The position numbers were made by a program, and so were the translations under genes. Below the pieces are notes generated by a model. That model searched no databases and was not told the origin of the DNA. It saw only the letters and a program-made list of their open reading frames with translations. From a virus: a DNA stretch of 64,000 bases. Where the stretch lies: positions 32,001 to 96,000 of IMG/VR virus record IMGVR_UViG_3300026257_000002. The stretch is one strand, 5' to 3'. This document shows, piece by piece, positions 8,902 through 18,790 of this stretch; within the stretch, counting starts at the first letter, position 1; each line of letters starts with the position of its first letter.

Positions 8902-9729
8902 TTAGTAATTAGTTAGTAACAATTCAGCACGATCTTTTTGCTCATTCATATAATCTCCAGTAGAACGCATGGTATAAGTTAGATCATAAGAACATGCTAA
9001 CCATTCTTTAAAACGATCTTTAACCATTTGAATGGAGTTATATGATATCATGTGACGAGCAAGGTGGTTGTCACAATCAACAGCAAACTGATCATGATCG
9101 AAACGCTTATGCAAATCTCCCTTGTTACCATAGAGGTTATCTTTGATATCATAGGGAGGGTCAGAATATATAAAACAACGTATATCATCTGAAAGAAGTC
9201 CTTCATATGACCAATTCGTAATTTTCCAATTTTGAATTATTTCTGAGTATCCTTTTAGTTTCTCAATTCCTCGCATTGAGAAGTTGGAGTTAGATGCCTG
9301 CCTGCTAAAGGATGAGGACTCAGTGAGACCAGAAAAAGAGCACTTGTTAATAACGTAAAAAGCACAAGCGCGAGATAGATGGGATTGATCATAGTCATTA
9401 ACCAGTTGTTTTGATTCTAGAAATAAATTTTTTGCTGATATAGGTTCAGGATGTTGCTGTTTAAGTTTAACTAATTCAGCACATAGTTCCTCATTATAAT
9501 CTTGAAGAACTCTCCAAAAATTATAGAGAGGTTCATAAAGATCATTAACCCACACAGGAATATCTGGGTTTGCTTTAGTGAAGGCGATGGCAACACTACC
9601 ACCACCTAAAAATGTTTCCCGATACTCTTTAATGTCATCAGGGAAACGTGGTAGTATATACTTAGTGGCGCGAGACTTACCGCCAGGATATCTAAGTGGC
9701 GTCTTGAGAGACTTCAAAGTTTGGTTCAT
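8902..9729 (-). CDS. dam: DNA adenine methyltransferase (Dam/D12 class)
   Basis: LRYPGGKS, FLGGGSV SAM motif, DPPY catalytic motif. Confidence 0.93.
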   Translation of the reverse strand: MNQTLKSLKTPLRYPGGKSRATKYILPRFPDDIKEYRETFLGGGSVAIAFTKANPDIPVWVNDLYEPLYNFWRVLQDYNEELCAELVKLKQQHPEPISAKNLFLESKQLVNDYDQSHLSRACAFYVINKCSFSGLTESSSFSRQASNSNFSMRGIEKLKGYSEIIQNWKITNWSYEGLLSDDIRCFIYSDPPYDIKDNLYGNKGDLHKRFDHDQFAVDCDNHLARHMISYNSIQMVKDRFKEWLACSYDLTYTMRSTGDYMNEQKDRAELLLTNY

Positions 9730-9877
9730 GATATTTAAGGTATTCCCAGAAGGTCATTTTAAGTTCTTTCTGTGTCATCCCACAATGAGCGGCAGCAGCA
9801 GGAAGATTCATAGAAGCATAGAAGAGACCTTCATGTGCTTCCTTCACATTTTGAGGTGTAGTTTTTTTTATTTCCAT
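9692..9877 (-). CDS. Small conserved hypothetical protein (possible HTH)
   Basis: 61 aa, MNLPAAAAHCGMTQKELK; tight packing with neighbours. Confidence 0.65.
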   Translation of the reverse strand: MEIKKTTPQNVKEAHEGLFYASMNLPAAAAHCGMTQKELKMTFWEYLKYHEPNFEVSQDAT

Positions 9878-10167
9878 TAAAGAATCAATTTCTTCTTTTC
9901 AGGAGTTGCGATAGAAGAATACATTTGCTCATACTGAGAAACAATTTCTTCTGCTGCATCAGCCATATATACCACGAACTTAGTAGATATTGTGATTTCT
10001 TTTACTTCTTTACTAATCATCGGAGACCATGCTACGAATTGTAGTGTGCCCTGCTGTGTAGGAACACCTACAATTCCATTCTTTAGTGTAAGGTGATAGT
10101 CTGTGCTTTTGATTACTTCAGCAATCACATCCTCTCCAGAGGACATACGAATCAGTTTTACGTTCAT
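9877..10167 (-). CDS. Small conserved protein, putative Sm-like fold (paralog C)
   Basis: Likely start MNVKLIRMSSGEDVIAEV at 10167 (ATGA overlap with the g44 stop). Confidence 0.8.
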   Translation of the reverse strand: MNVKLIRMSSGEDVIAEVIKSTDYHLTLKNGIVGVPTQQGTLQFVAWSPMISKEVKEITISTKFVVYMADAAEEIVSQYEQMYSSIATPEKKKLIL

Positions 10168-11105
10168 TTGAATTGACACTCCATCATAATTTCGGTTAAA
10201 CATGCCAGGAGATTAATCTCCTGATCGGCAGCAAACGCTGCCTGGTATTGATATTTAGCGATTACTAAAACCGCTGCTGGAATAGTGGAAGGTGTGAGAA
10301 CATCATACATTGCTTCGTAGATACGATGGATAACCATATTAAAATCATTATCCAGATTAGCAACTACCCACTTGCGAACAACATTAAACTCTTTATTTTT
10401 CAGAGCATCCACAAGTCCTTTAAGATTGATATCAGTAATCTCAGCAAGAATACCAGTATCAATGCTACCAGTATTACCATACTTCTGAAGTTGGTTCAAT
10501 ACACGACGCCAATCTGGGAAGTGAGTTTGAATCAGTTCTGCAACAACCTTCGGATCATACTCAACATTTTCACCCTCAAGTATAGACCTGACACGGTTGA
10601 AAAATTGCCCCGCAACAGATGCCTTTTCTTTTCCTTTATAGGTGAAGTCAATGACTGAACATCTTGATTGGATGGGATCAATGATTTTGTTTTTGTAGTT
10701 GCAGGTGAAGATGAATCGGCAGTTGCTATGATACGCCTCAATAGAACTCCGTAAGAGGAGTTGTACATCGTTTCCTGTGTTATCTGCTTCATCAATAATG
10801 ATGACTTTGTGCTTACTTCCTTGAAGTGATACAGTCGTTGCAAAAGTTTTTGCTTGGTTCCGTACCGTATCTAGAAAGCGTCCTTCATCAGATCCATTAA
10901 TTACAATGTAAGATAGGTTTAATTCTTCACACAATGCCTTAGCGGCAGTAGTCTTACCAACACCAGGAGGACCAGCAAGCAGAAGGTTATTCAACTCACC
11001 AGCAGCAACCTGTTGCTTAAGATCACGTTTGATACTGTCAGGAAGAATACAATCGTCAATCTTACGAGGGCGATATTTCTCCACCCATAGATACTGGTCA
11101 TTCAT
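10164..11105 (-). CDS. g44: Clamp loader large subunit gp44 (AAA+)
   Basis: LWVEKYRP, GPPGVGKTT, IIDEAD, SRC motif. Confidence 0.97.
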   Translation of the reverse strand: MNDQYLWVEKYRPRKIDDCILPDSIKRDLKQQVAAGELNNLLLAGPPGVGKTTAAKALCEELNLSYIVINGSDEGRFLDTVRNQAKTFATTVSLQGSKHKVIIIDEADNTGNDVQLLLRSSIEAYHSNCRFIFTCNYKNKIIDPIQSRCSVIDFTYKGKEKASVAGQFFNRVRSILEGENVEYDPKVVAELIQTHFPDWRRVLNQLQKYGNTGSIDTGILAEITDINLKGLVDALKNKEFNVVRKWVVANLDNDFNMVIHRIYEAMYDVLTPSTIPAAVLVIAKYQYQAAFAADQEINLLACLTEIMMECQFK

Positions 11106-11111
11106 AATAAT

Positions 11112-11336
11112 TTATTCAAAGATGGGATAGATGCGTTGCCGCTGTTGCTGCCGCCACATGATGCGTTGCCGCATTTCTTTCAGTTGATCTGGATCATTAC
11201 CATAATAACCCATATTCATGTAAACACAATCCATATAACGTAAATCATTACGTTCAGCATCAACGGTAAAAGTGTCACAATACTCTATAATTTCTTGAGG
11301 CACTTCTACTTTTTGATAGTTATAATCAATAATCAT
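11112..11336 (-). CDS. Hypothetical protein
   Basis: 74-aa ORF filling the g45-g44 gap. Confidence 0.65.
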   Translation of the reverse strand: MIIDYNYQKVEVPQEIIEYCDTFTVDAERNDLRYMDCVYMNMGYYGNDPDQLKEMRQRIMWRQQQRQRIYPIFE

Positions 11337-11338
11337 AA

Positions 11339-12004
11339 TCAGTTTGAATCAGGTTCAAGAGCAATCCAATAAGTAACAGGAATGCTCTTATTAGTAAAAC
11401 AACTAATAAGACGCTTCGACATCACTACATCATAATCACCTTTGATAAGTTTCAAGTTCTCAACTTTCATATTGAGGACAAATTCATCATCAGTTTTTCC
11501 GACATTAATAGAAAAAGTATTTGATGTATCATTCTCTTTATCACGAACAACAACAGTAACATCAGTGCTATCACCAATCACAGAAAAATCTGGAAGTTGA
11601 TAAACAGCAGCAGCGCGAATAAGACTTTGAATATCTGATTCACTCAAAACAAATTTTACATCTTCAGATGGAACTTTGATGCCATGATCAGGAGCTTGCT
11701 TAATCAGACTTGAATCAGCAAAGAAATACTTCATAGAAGAACGATTGTTTTGTATTTTCACATAATGGTCGCTACCAAACTCCATGTCTGCGCCATGCAT
11801 CAATGACATACCACCAAGAAACTCATTAAGATCATAGATAGAAAAATTCTTAGGGAAAGTTTCTTCTACTTTTGCCTCAGCAAGAATGTTTTCTGCTACT
11901 GAAATAGTGCGAATAGTATTTCCAGACTTTACAGAAATAGACTGATTGATGCCAGAAAAGTTCTTGAGAAGATTGAAAGTATTTTGTGAGAGTTTCATAG
12001 TCAT
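11339..12004 (-). CDS. g45: Sliding clamp gp45
   Basis: MKLSQNTFNLLKNFSGINQSI...IYDLNEFL...YWIALE. Confidence 0.96.
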   Translation of the reverse strand: MTMKLSQNTFNLLKNFSGINQSISVKSGNTIRTISVAENILAEAKVEETFPKNFSIYDLNEFLGGMSLMHGADMEFGSDHYVKIQNNRSSMKYFFADSSLIKQAPDHGIKVPSEDVKFVLSESDIQSLIRAAAVYQLPDFSVIGDSTDVTVVVRDKENDTSNTFSINVGKTDDEFVLNMKVENLKLIKGDYDVVMSKRLISCFTNKSIPVTYWIALEPDSN

Positions 12005-12330
12005 TGAGGATAAGGTTCGCCAGTGCGTTCATGTAGACCGGAGAAATGATATAGTAAAACGCAATAATGAATTGCTTTCAAGATATCCATTTTTGATTTA
12101 CCACCTTTCTTACCAAATCGGGAAAGATATTTAATAGCATTAGAACGGCAGAAAGGTTCTGCGTCTCCAATTGCATCCACTAAGTCAAGTGTCTGAGTCT
12201 TAGACTCTTGAGATGTATAGTGTGCTTTATATGTGCTTGAAAGATAATCCTGTACTTCACGAAGTGTTAGATCTTCTTCATACTTCCAAAAATTATTATT
12301 AGACATTCGGATAACTCCATCAGTCGCCAT
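12001..12330 (-). CDS. DUF3310-like conserved phage protein
   Basis: HY...FCRSNAIKYLSRFGKK...DILKAIHY pattern. Confidence 0.7.
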   Translation of the reverse strand: MATDGVIRMSNNNFWKYEEDLTLREVQDYLSSTYKAHYTSQESKTQTLDLVDAIGDAEPFCRSNAIKYLSRFGKKGGKSKMDILKAIHYCVLLYHFSGLHERTGEPYPQ

Positions 12331-14047
12331 TGGTCAATTCCTCCATTTTACTAAAATTTTTCACTTTATCAAATTTGAGAACCCGGTCGAATTTCTCGAC
12401 CATGTGCTCTCGATGCGAGATAATAAACAAATTGAGATCATCCGTGAAATTCCTCAATATGAATGATAACTCATCAGTGCCTGTGTTGTCAAGTGAGCTG
12501 TCAAAAATCTCGTCCAGGACTAGTAGGTTGGTGTCTACGCTGTTCTTAAGCTTAGCAACAGACCTCCATGTTAGCATAAGTGCGATGTCAATGCGAGACT
12601 TCTCACCCTCTGAGAATGATGCATAACTGAAATCATCCCTATAACGAGACTTGATAGTCTCCTCAAAACTCTCACTGAGTGTGAAGTTCACAAAGAAATC
12701 CATCTGCTGTAGATACTGGTTGATGAGTTTATTCATCACTGGAAGATATCGTTTGATAATCCTAGTTTTAATACCAGTATCCTTCAGCAGGTTAGCAGCA
12801 ACGCTGTAGTAATCTTTATTCTCTTTATGAGCAGCAAGAATACTTTCATAACCCACACGCTGATCGTTAAGATTATTCAACTGTTCCTGCTGTTTACTAG
12901 AATCATTCTTAATATCTTGGATACTTGTAATTTCAGATTCTAATTCTTTGATCTGCTTATTCATATGATTGATGAGAGAATTATTCTTATCAATCACACT
13001 ATAATGTTTACGAATGTCATCAGAGACTTCTGTGTATTCAGAAATTTGTCCTTTGACTTCATCTATTTGTTGCTCTAATATTTCCCATGCATTTTTAGTC
13101 TCTTTAATAGTATCATTGTTTTGATCTATCTTATCAGTCTTGAATGTTTCAGAAAGATTTTGCTTGCAGGTGGGGCATTTATCATTTTTAAAATAAAAAA
13201 TATTTTCTTTTTCTAAGTTATTAATTTTAGTTTTAAATTTTACTTTAAATTCTTTTAAATTATCATACTTTTTTGAAAGTTTATCACCATCAAACAACAG
13301 GGACTGTCTTTCTTTAATATATTCATTAATATTATCATTTTCCTGAACTACACCATCACTTTGCGTAATGAGTTTACCAATTTTATCCTGCTTATAATCA
13401 ATCAGATTATCACTTTGCGTCTCAAGTTCCTTTATAAGTTCTTCTTGTGTCTCTATACGATGCTTTACTAGACCAAGATCATTTTCCGTGAGGCGAATAT
13501 CATCGTTTAATCGCTTCATACGATCTTTTAGATTAATATTCATGGTAGAGAACACTTGAATATCTAAAAGATCCTCAATAATTTCACGACGTGATGCTAT
13601 CGGCAGCTGCATGAATGGAATGAACGTAGAAGATCCTAGAACAACAATCTGTGTAAACGATTTATAGTTAAGTTTGAGGATCGTTTGTTCTAGGAACTTC
13701 TGCTGATCTCCAGCAGCAGCATCTTGGTTCAGCATTTCTCCATCAACATAAACCTCAAAGAGGTTAGGTTTCATACCACGGATAACTTTATACTTTTTAT
13801 TACCTTGAGAGAACTCAACTTCTATAAGACAATCCTTACCATTAATAGCATTAACAAGTTGAGGTTTGTTAATCTTACGAAAGGGTTTATTAAACAACAC
13901 AAATGTAAGAGCATCAAGTACAGTACTTTTACCAGAACCATTCCTTCCGATGATTATATTGTTAGTATAAGTATTGAGAGTTATCTCAGTAAAATTATTT
14001 CCACTAGATAAGAAATTTTTATAACGAATAGTTTCAAAACTGATCAT
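12320..14047 (-). CDS. g46: Recombination nuclease ATPase subunit gp46 (SbcC/Rad50-like)
   Basis: GRNGSGKST Walker A, CPTC zinc hook, FSEGE signature, LDEIFD; likely start MISFET at 14047. Confidence 0.96.
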   Translation of the reverse strand: MISFETIRYKNFLSSGNNFTEITLNTYTNNIIIGRNGSGKSTVLDALTFVLFNKPFRKINKPQLVNAINGKDCLIEVEFSQGNKKYKVIRGMKPNLFEVYVDGEMLNQDAAAGDQQKFLEQTILKLNYKSFTQIVVLGSSTFIPFMQLPIASRREIIEDLLDIQVFSTMNINLKDRMKRLNDDIRLTENDLGLVKHRIETQEELIKELETQSDNLIDYKQDKIGKLITQSDGVVQENDNINEYIKERQSLLFDGDKLSKKYDNLKEFKVKFKTKINNLEKENIFYFKNDKCPTCKQNLSETFKTDKIDQNNDTIKETKNAWEILEQQIDEVKGQISEYTEVSDDIRKHYSVIDKNNSLINHMNKQIKELESEITSIQDIKNDSSKQQEQLNNLNDQRVGYESILAAHKENKDYYSVAANLLKDTGIKTRIIKRYLPVMNKLINQYLQQMDFFVNFTLSESFEETIKSRYRDDFSYASFSEGEKSRIDIALMLTWRSVAKLKNSVDTNLLVLDEIFDSSLDNTGTDELSFILRNFTDDLNLFIISHREHMVEKFDRVLKFDKVKNFSKMEELTNGD

Positions 14048-14303
14048 GGTGTGATGGTGGAATAATAAGTTCGTCTGGAGCAACAACAGTATATTTGTAA
14101 CCTGTGTTTTCACACATTTCAATCATGGATTTGCTATCCACCTCAACAGGACTCATTTTAGGAAAATCATCTGCTTCTAATAAAATAGCAAACCGTATTG
14201 CATCTTCTACTTCACTAAACAATAGTAATGTTCTTTCATTCCTACCGTTTGAAACAGCATACGCTCCTTCATTTTCTTTGTCTCGTAAACAGAGTATATA
14301 CAT
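14034..14303 (-). CDS. Conserved hypothetical protein (DUF3110-like)
   Basis: EGAYAV...LLLFSEVEDAIRFAILLEADDFP; between g47 and g46. Confidence 0.7.
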   Translation of the reverse strand: MYILCLRDKENEGAYAVSNGRNERTLLLFSEVEDAIRFAILLEADDFPKMSPVEVDSKSMIEMCENTGYKYTVVAPDELIIPPSHHDQF

Positions 14304-15349
14304 TATACCACCTCCAGTGCCTCCACGTAAAGAGACTTCATAATCTCTTTCAATTTACCGCTGTCTAAATTAGTATTAAGTTCTTCAATATATTTTTCTA
14401 GAATAGTTAAGGTATCCTCATGTTCCAATTGAATGTCTTCATCCTCACTTTCCTCAGTAGAAAAATCTTCAATAATCTTAAGATCTAATGTGACATCTTG
14501 CAAAGAATTAATAAGATAATCAAACCCAGTGTAATCAGTTTTGTTTTCTACAACAACTTTTACTACAGTATTTTTATATTTATCAACATCTAAATCATAA
14601 TAATCATTCTTAGTATCATCATAGAATATTTTATGAAACATTTCATATGGATTTTTAATATACTGCAACTTTAAAGTTTCTGTATCAAAAATATAAAAAC
14701 CACGTTGATCGCCATAATCATTCCAATACATCTGATAAGAGTTTCCAAGATACTTGAAGTTCCCTTTCTTACTTTTGGTGTGAAAATGACCTGACATTAC
14801 CAGTTCAAATTTATCAAACTCATTAGTATTGCGACCGTGATTACAAATGTAAGTAGGATTAGTTTTAAATCCTTGCATCTCTAAATGTCCCAGAACTACT
14901 TCAGCATCTGTGTCACGTAGAATATTAACACTCTGCTCTTCGTTCTGATCACATATCCATGGCAAATAAACTACCTTACGCCCATCCAGAATGACCTCAG
15001 AGGGTTCTGAATATACATTCAGGTTAGAATACTCAAGAAGCAGTGCTTCAAGCGAGTTAATCTCTAGAGTGTTCTTATAGAAAGCATCATGATTACCAAC
15101 CATCATATCCATAGTAATACCCTTCTCCTCCAAAGGATTAAAGATATTTTTCCTCGCCCAATTAAGAGACCAGAAATCGATGTTACGACGGATATCAAAC
15201 ACATCACCCAAGTGGATAACGTGCTTAATTTTTTTCTTCTTTAATGTAGGAAAGAAAATATCATTATAAAATTTTAGAAAAAAATCATGATAATCTTGAT
15301 TGCCTTTCTTAAACCCAAAATGAGTATCAGTAATCAGGGCAACTTTCAT
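14303..15349 (-). CDS. g47: Recombination nuclease subunit gp47 (SbcD/Mre11-like)
   Basis: ITDTHFG, HLGDVFD, GNHD, SGHFH metallophosphoesterase motifs. Confidence 0.96.
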   Translation of the reverse strand: MKVALITDTHFGFKKGNQDYHDFFLKFYNDIFFPTLKKKKIKHVIHLGDVFDIRRNIDFWSLNWARKNIFNPLEEKGITMDMMVGNHDAFYKNTLEINSLEALLLEYSNLNVYSEPSEVILDGRKVVYLPWICDQNEEQSVNILRDTDAEVVLGHLEMQGFKTNPTYICNHGRNTNEFDKFELVMSGHFHTKSKKGNFKYLGNSYQMYWNDYGDQRGFYIFDTETLKLQYIKNPYEMFHKIFYDDTKNDYYDLDVDKYKNTVVKVVVENKTDYTGFDYLINSLQDVTLDLKIIEDFSTEESEDEDIQLEHEDTLTILEKYIEELNTNLDSGKLKEIMKSLYVEALEVV

Positions 15350-15822
15350 TTTCTAGTTTTCTGCTCGATGTTTTGTTTGATACTATTGTATTCTGAAGGG
15401 GAGTAATTCAGTTCATTCTTATCAGCATGGAGAACTTCATCGTATCCAGAACGCTCAAGAATTTTGCTTTTAATTTCTAGTTGCTTCTTTTCTTTTTGAA
15501 TTCTTCTTAAGAATGCATAGTAAATAATCTGAGTAAAGTATGCAAAAGGATTGCCACGATTAGGATCAAAATTATCAATATACTGAACACAGTTCTCGAT
15601 ACCATCCGAGATCATATCCTCACGAAAAGGATAGTTAATGAAGTTGGGACGATACGACAGATGCTGTGCGATCTTCAAGAAGCACTCACCAATATAATTT
15701 GGTATTCTAGGACGATCCGTCTCTTCTGTCAAGGCTCTGTTAACTTTGACCTTATACTCAGAGAGTGCTGCAAGGAACTCTTTATTATCTACATAATGTT
15801 CTGGCTTCTTTTTAATTCTCAT
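15346..15822 (-). CDS. g55: Late-transcription sigma factor gp55
   Basis: HYVDNKEFL...DMISDGIENC...NPFAYFTQIIYYAFLRRIQKEK; ATG start at 15822 preferred over the TTG at 15840. Confidence 0.96.
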   Translation of the reverse strand: MRIKKKPEHYVDNKEFLAALSEYKVKVNRALTEETDRPRIPNYIGECFLKIAQHLSYRPNFINYPFREDMISDGIENCVQYIDNFDPNRGNPFAYFTQIIYYAFLRRIQKEKKQLEIKSKILERSGYDEVLHADKNELNYSPSEYNSIKQNIEQKTRK

Positions 15823-15857
15823 TTTAATACATGTATCCAATTACTATGTGTATTTAC

Positions 15858-15887
15858 ATTATAACACACTTCAACCGAGCTTGACAA
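15858..15887 (-). promoter_or_regulatory. Sigma70-type promoter for g55
   Basis: TTGTCA-18 nt-TATAAT on the minus strand. Confidence 0.7.
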
Positions 15888-15909
15888 CATTGGATTTTAT
15901 CTGTAGAAT
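15881..15909 (+). promoter_or_regulatory. Overlapping divergent sigma70-type promoter (antisense direction)
   Basis: TTGACA-17 nt-TAGAAT on the plus strand with no plus-strand gene downstream. Confidence 0.5.
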
Positions 15910-15941
15910 AACTCTGTAAGGGTTCAAGAGACAGAATATCT

Positions 15942-16352
15942 TTAGTATTTCTTGAATATTTCTTCAAAAAAGATTCTAGCATCCTTTACCGATGCGCGAT
16001 ATCCTTTGTATTTTTTTTGTGTAGATCTTCTTTTAATTTTTTTACTAAATTCTTTTTCACGATTACTAATCTCATTAACTGCTTTCTTATAATGAGAAAG
16101 TCCTGGTTCAATAAGTTCATTAATAGTTATAATTTTAGCATCCTTTATAAAAAAGAAATTGTCAGTTGTTGATTTGATCCACTTAGATAATTTTAATCCA
16201 GATGATTTTACATCTTCAAAGACTTCAAGGATACTCATATCCTCTAACAGTAAAGGATTGTTAACTATCAGACCTTCATCATGAACTTCAACAAAAGCGA
16301 CAATCTCTTCTCCAGTCATTAATTTAATTGTGGCGAAGAATTTATCATTCAT
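15942..16352 (-). CDS. Small conserved protein, putative Sm-like fold (paralog D)
   Basis: ATIKLMTGEEIVAFV...VNNP...LSKW...HY; downstream of uvsW. Confidence 0.75.
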   Translation of the reverse strand: MNDKFFATIKLMTGEEIVAFVEVHDEGLIVNNPLLLEDMSILEVFEDVKSSGLKLSKWIKSTTDNFFFIKDAKIITINELIEPGLSHYKKAVNEISNREKEFSKKIKRRSTQKKYKGYRASVKDARIFFEEIFKKY

Positions 16353-17821
16353 TTTTTTATGTTTACGGGGATGATTTCATAATTAAATTGCTCCTCATTG
16401 TAAACTTTAATTCTTTCCTTTAAATGATTGAGAGTATAGTTGATGTAACTTCCTCTGGAAAAATCATCTGCAATGTCATAAAGTACTGCTTGTGATTTAT
16501 TATCTCCTTTACGCAGAACCCTACCAATAGATTGTAGATTTCTAATTCTAGACTTGCTAGGAGAAGCAAAAATAATGTTATGTAGATTTTTAATATTGAT
16601 ACCAGTAGAAAAGGTTCCGTAGGAAGCAATGATAACGCAGTTATCATTTATTTCTGCTAACTGTCTAATATTCTCACGTTCAGATGCCTCCACACCACCA
16701 TGAACAAAGAATACTTTTTTGGTATCTCCTATAGTATTATTTATGAGATCAAAAAGTGGTTCACCATGCTTCTCGACATAGTTAAATAACACTAGAGTAT
16801 TTCCTTGAAGATCAGATACTAAATTTTTAACGAACACATTTCTCTTGTCATGTGTTACAATGTATTCTATCTCATCTTGATAGTTCGCAAACTTATACGA
16901 TTCATGTTTGAGAGCAAGAATTTTAATTTTAAGTTGCGTCAGTTGATCGCGTTGCATTAACTCAGTGGTGCTAGTAACTCTATCTGAGACACCAAACAAT
17001 CCTTCCAATACTAGACGATGTGTTTTAGTTCCATCCAAAGTTCCTGTAAAACCGATGCGATACTTTGCATCATGAAGTTTAGTCATAATACTGGTGAGAG
17101 ACTTTGCTTTGAATGTATGGCATTCGTCTCCAATCACCGCAGTATATGAATCAAAGTATTTCTTAGGAAGTTTATAGATTGACTGCCATGTAGTAATGAC
17201 TACAGGAGCATCAGATACTTTCGCTTCACCTTGATAGATCTTATGGCAATACTCTTCGGGGTTCCATCCATAGGATTCAAAGTCTTTAAATAACTGTGTG
17301 ACTAGTGATATACTAGGAACGATGATTAAAGTTTTAAGATTAGTAGCAGTGAAAAATCTAACTAGGGCATAGATCATAAAAGATTTGCCAGACCCTGTAG
17401 GTGATAGGATGATCTTTCTATAATTTCTTAGTGCTTTGAATACAGCATTATACTGATAGTCTCTGGGTTTAATCGCAGTTCCTTCAGTAAGATAATTCAG
17501 ATACTCCCTTACTGTCTCTGGCAGAATATCTGGATCGTAATCAGTAGGTTTACCATAATATTCATTGTCAATCAAAGAACAAGTATATTCTCTTTCATCT
17601 GCCCATTCAAAAAGATATGTAAGAAGTCCGATATAAAGTTGACCGTTACCAGGACTAAACAAACGAATTTTTCCATCCCACATTCTATTCTTAAATTGTG
17701 GCATGAATTTTGCATCAGGAACTTCAAAAGTAAAATACTCACTCAGTTCTTGTTTAATATATGGTTCACAATCGATTTGAAGATATACTTCATTTCTTTT
17801 ACCAATAACAATATCTGCCAT
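16349..17821 (-). CDS. uvsW: SF2 helicase UvsW
   Basis: SPTGSGKS, IGDECH, QSIGRVLR. Confidence 0.96.
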   Translation of the reverse strand: MADIVIGKRNEVYLQIDCEPYIKQELSEYFTFEVPDAKFMPQFKNRMWDGKIRLFSPGNGQLYIGLLTYLFEWADEREYTCSLIDNEYYGKPTDYDPDILPETVREYLNYLTEGTAIKPRDYQYNAVFKALRNYRKIILSPTGSGKSFMIYALVRFFTATNLKTLIIVPSISLVTQLFKDFESYGWNPEEYCHKIYQGEAKVSDAPVVITTWQSIYKLPKKYFDSYTAVIGDECHTFKAKSLTSIMTKLHDAKYRIGFTGTLDGTKTHRLVLEGLFGVSDRVTSTTELMQRDQLTQLKIKILALKHESYKFANYQDEIEYIVTHDKRNVFVKNLVSDLQGNTLVLFNYVEKHGEPLFDLINNTIGDTKKVFFVHGGVEASERENIRQLAEINDNCVIIASYGTFSTGINIKNLHNIIFASPSKSRIRNLQSIGRVLRKGDNKSQAVLYDIADDFSRGSYINYTLNHLKERIKVYNEEQFNYEIIPVNIKK

Positions 17822-18249
17822 TACCTAATACCTTCAATAAATGATTTCCACTCAATGGCATTTTTAATTTGATATGATCGAGTGTTTATCATTCTGATAA
17901 CACTCTCAAGATATTCGATAATAATATCGTATATATCTATTTTTAATTGTAAATCCTTGATGTCAGGATCAGATTCAATATACATGGTCAAATCTGATTT
18001 GAGAAGTTTTAGGTCAAAAGGATTTTTCCTATAATCTTCTGGATCTCCTTTACCTGAATAATATTCAAACTTACGGCGAGTAAGTTGCTTTAAGTTTCCT
18101 ACTGCTTGTTTCTTTTTAAATCTATACTCTGAAAATATTTTAAAATATTTTGAATGTAGTTGTGGAATACTAAGTGAGGCATTGTCTAACTCAACAGGAT
18201 CAATTTTTGCATCCCGTTCCCACATCGCTTGGATTTCATCAAAAGTCAT
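17821..18249 (-). CDS. uvsY: Recombination mediator UvsY
   Basis: IDPVELDNASLSIPQLHSKY...IKNAIEW; between g3 and uvsW. Confidence 0.9.
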   Translation of the reverse strand: MTFDEIQAMWERDAKIDPVELDNASLSIPQLHSKYFKIFSEYRFKKKQAVGNLKQLTRRKFEYYSGKGDPEDYRKNPFDLKLLKSDLTMYIESDPDIKDLQLKIDIYDIIIEYLESVIRMINTRSYQIKNAIEWKSFIEGIR

Positions 18250-18764
18250 TAACTAATCACTTTACCATCATACTTAATTCTATATATGAGATATTTAAAG
18301 GTGGCAGTTGCAGTGAGATATTCAACTCCAGTTTCAGTCGAATCAAATACTACGGGAGACAATGCTACAGGAAAAGCATTATCATATTCAATTAAAATCT
18401 TGGATTGCCAATTGCTATTTAAAACTTCTAATACTATCTGACCTTCAATAGGATCTTCATCAGTATCATATTCTTCTGCGAGACCGGTTTTTTTCAACCA
18501 CTTATGAATAGTAGCATAGTTAGACATATCCTCATCAATTAAAAATTTGATAGTAAGATCATCAAATTCAGTCTCCGTTCCTGCAATAGAATAGTCTCGG
18601 AAAGGATTGGGAATTGTGATGTCTGTGATTCTGATACCAGGAATATCTACTGCCTGACATAAAAATGATACTTTAGGAAATTTTAAAATTGATAATTTAA
18701 ATCCTTGAGGTGCCAGATAGTTTGCATTATCAATTTTATCAAGTAACCAATTTGCCTGGGTCAT
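18249..18764 (-). CDS. g3: Tail completion/tube terminator gp3
   Basis: NYLAPQGFKL...FLCQAVDIPGI...FLIDEDMSNY; tube-like fold motifs. Confidence 0.85.
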   Translation of the reverse strand: MTQANWLLDKIDNANYLAPQGFKLSILKFPKVSFLCQAVDIPGIRITDITIPNPFRDYSIAGTETEFDDLTIKFLIDEDMSNYATIHKWLKKTGLAEEYDTDEDPIEGQIVLEVLNSNWQSKILIEYDNAFPVALSPVVFDSTETGVEYLTATATFKYLIYRIKYDGKVIS

Positions 18765-18780
18765 TTTTTTATTTTTTAAA

Positions 18781-18788
18781 TATTTAGG
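18781..18788 (-). promoter_or_regulatory. Late promoter variant CCTAAATA for g3
   Basis: TAAATA core just upstream of the g3 start. Confidence 0.6.
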
Positions 18789-18790
18789 TC

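Noticed and set aside
13180-13290. Very AT-rich stretch inside g46 as a foreign insertion
   Set aside because: It encodes the Lys/Asn-rich coiled coil next to the CPTC hook; the frame and domain spacing are intact.
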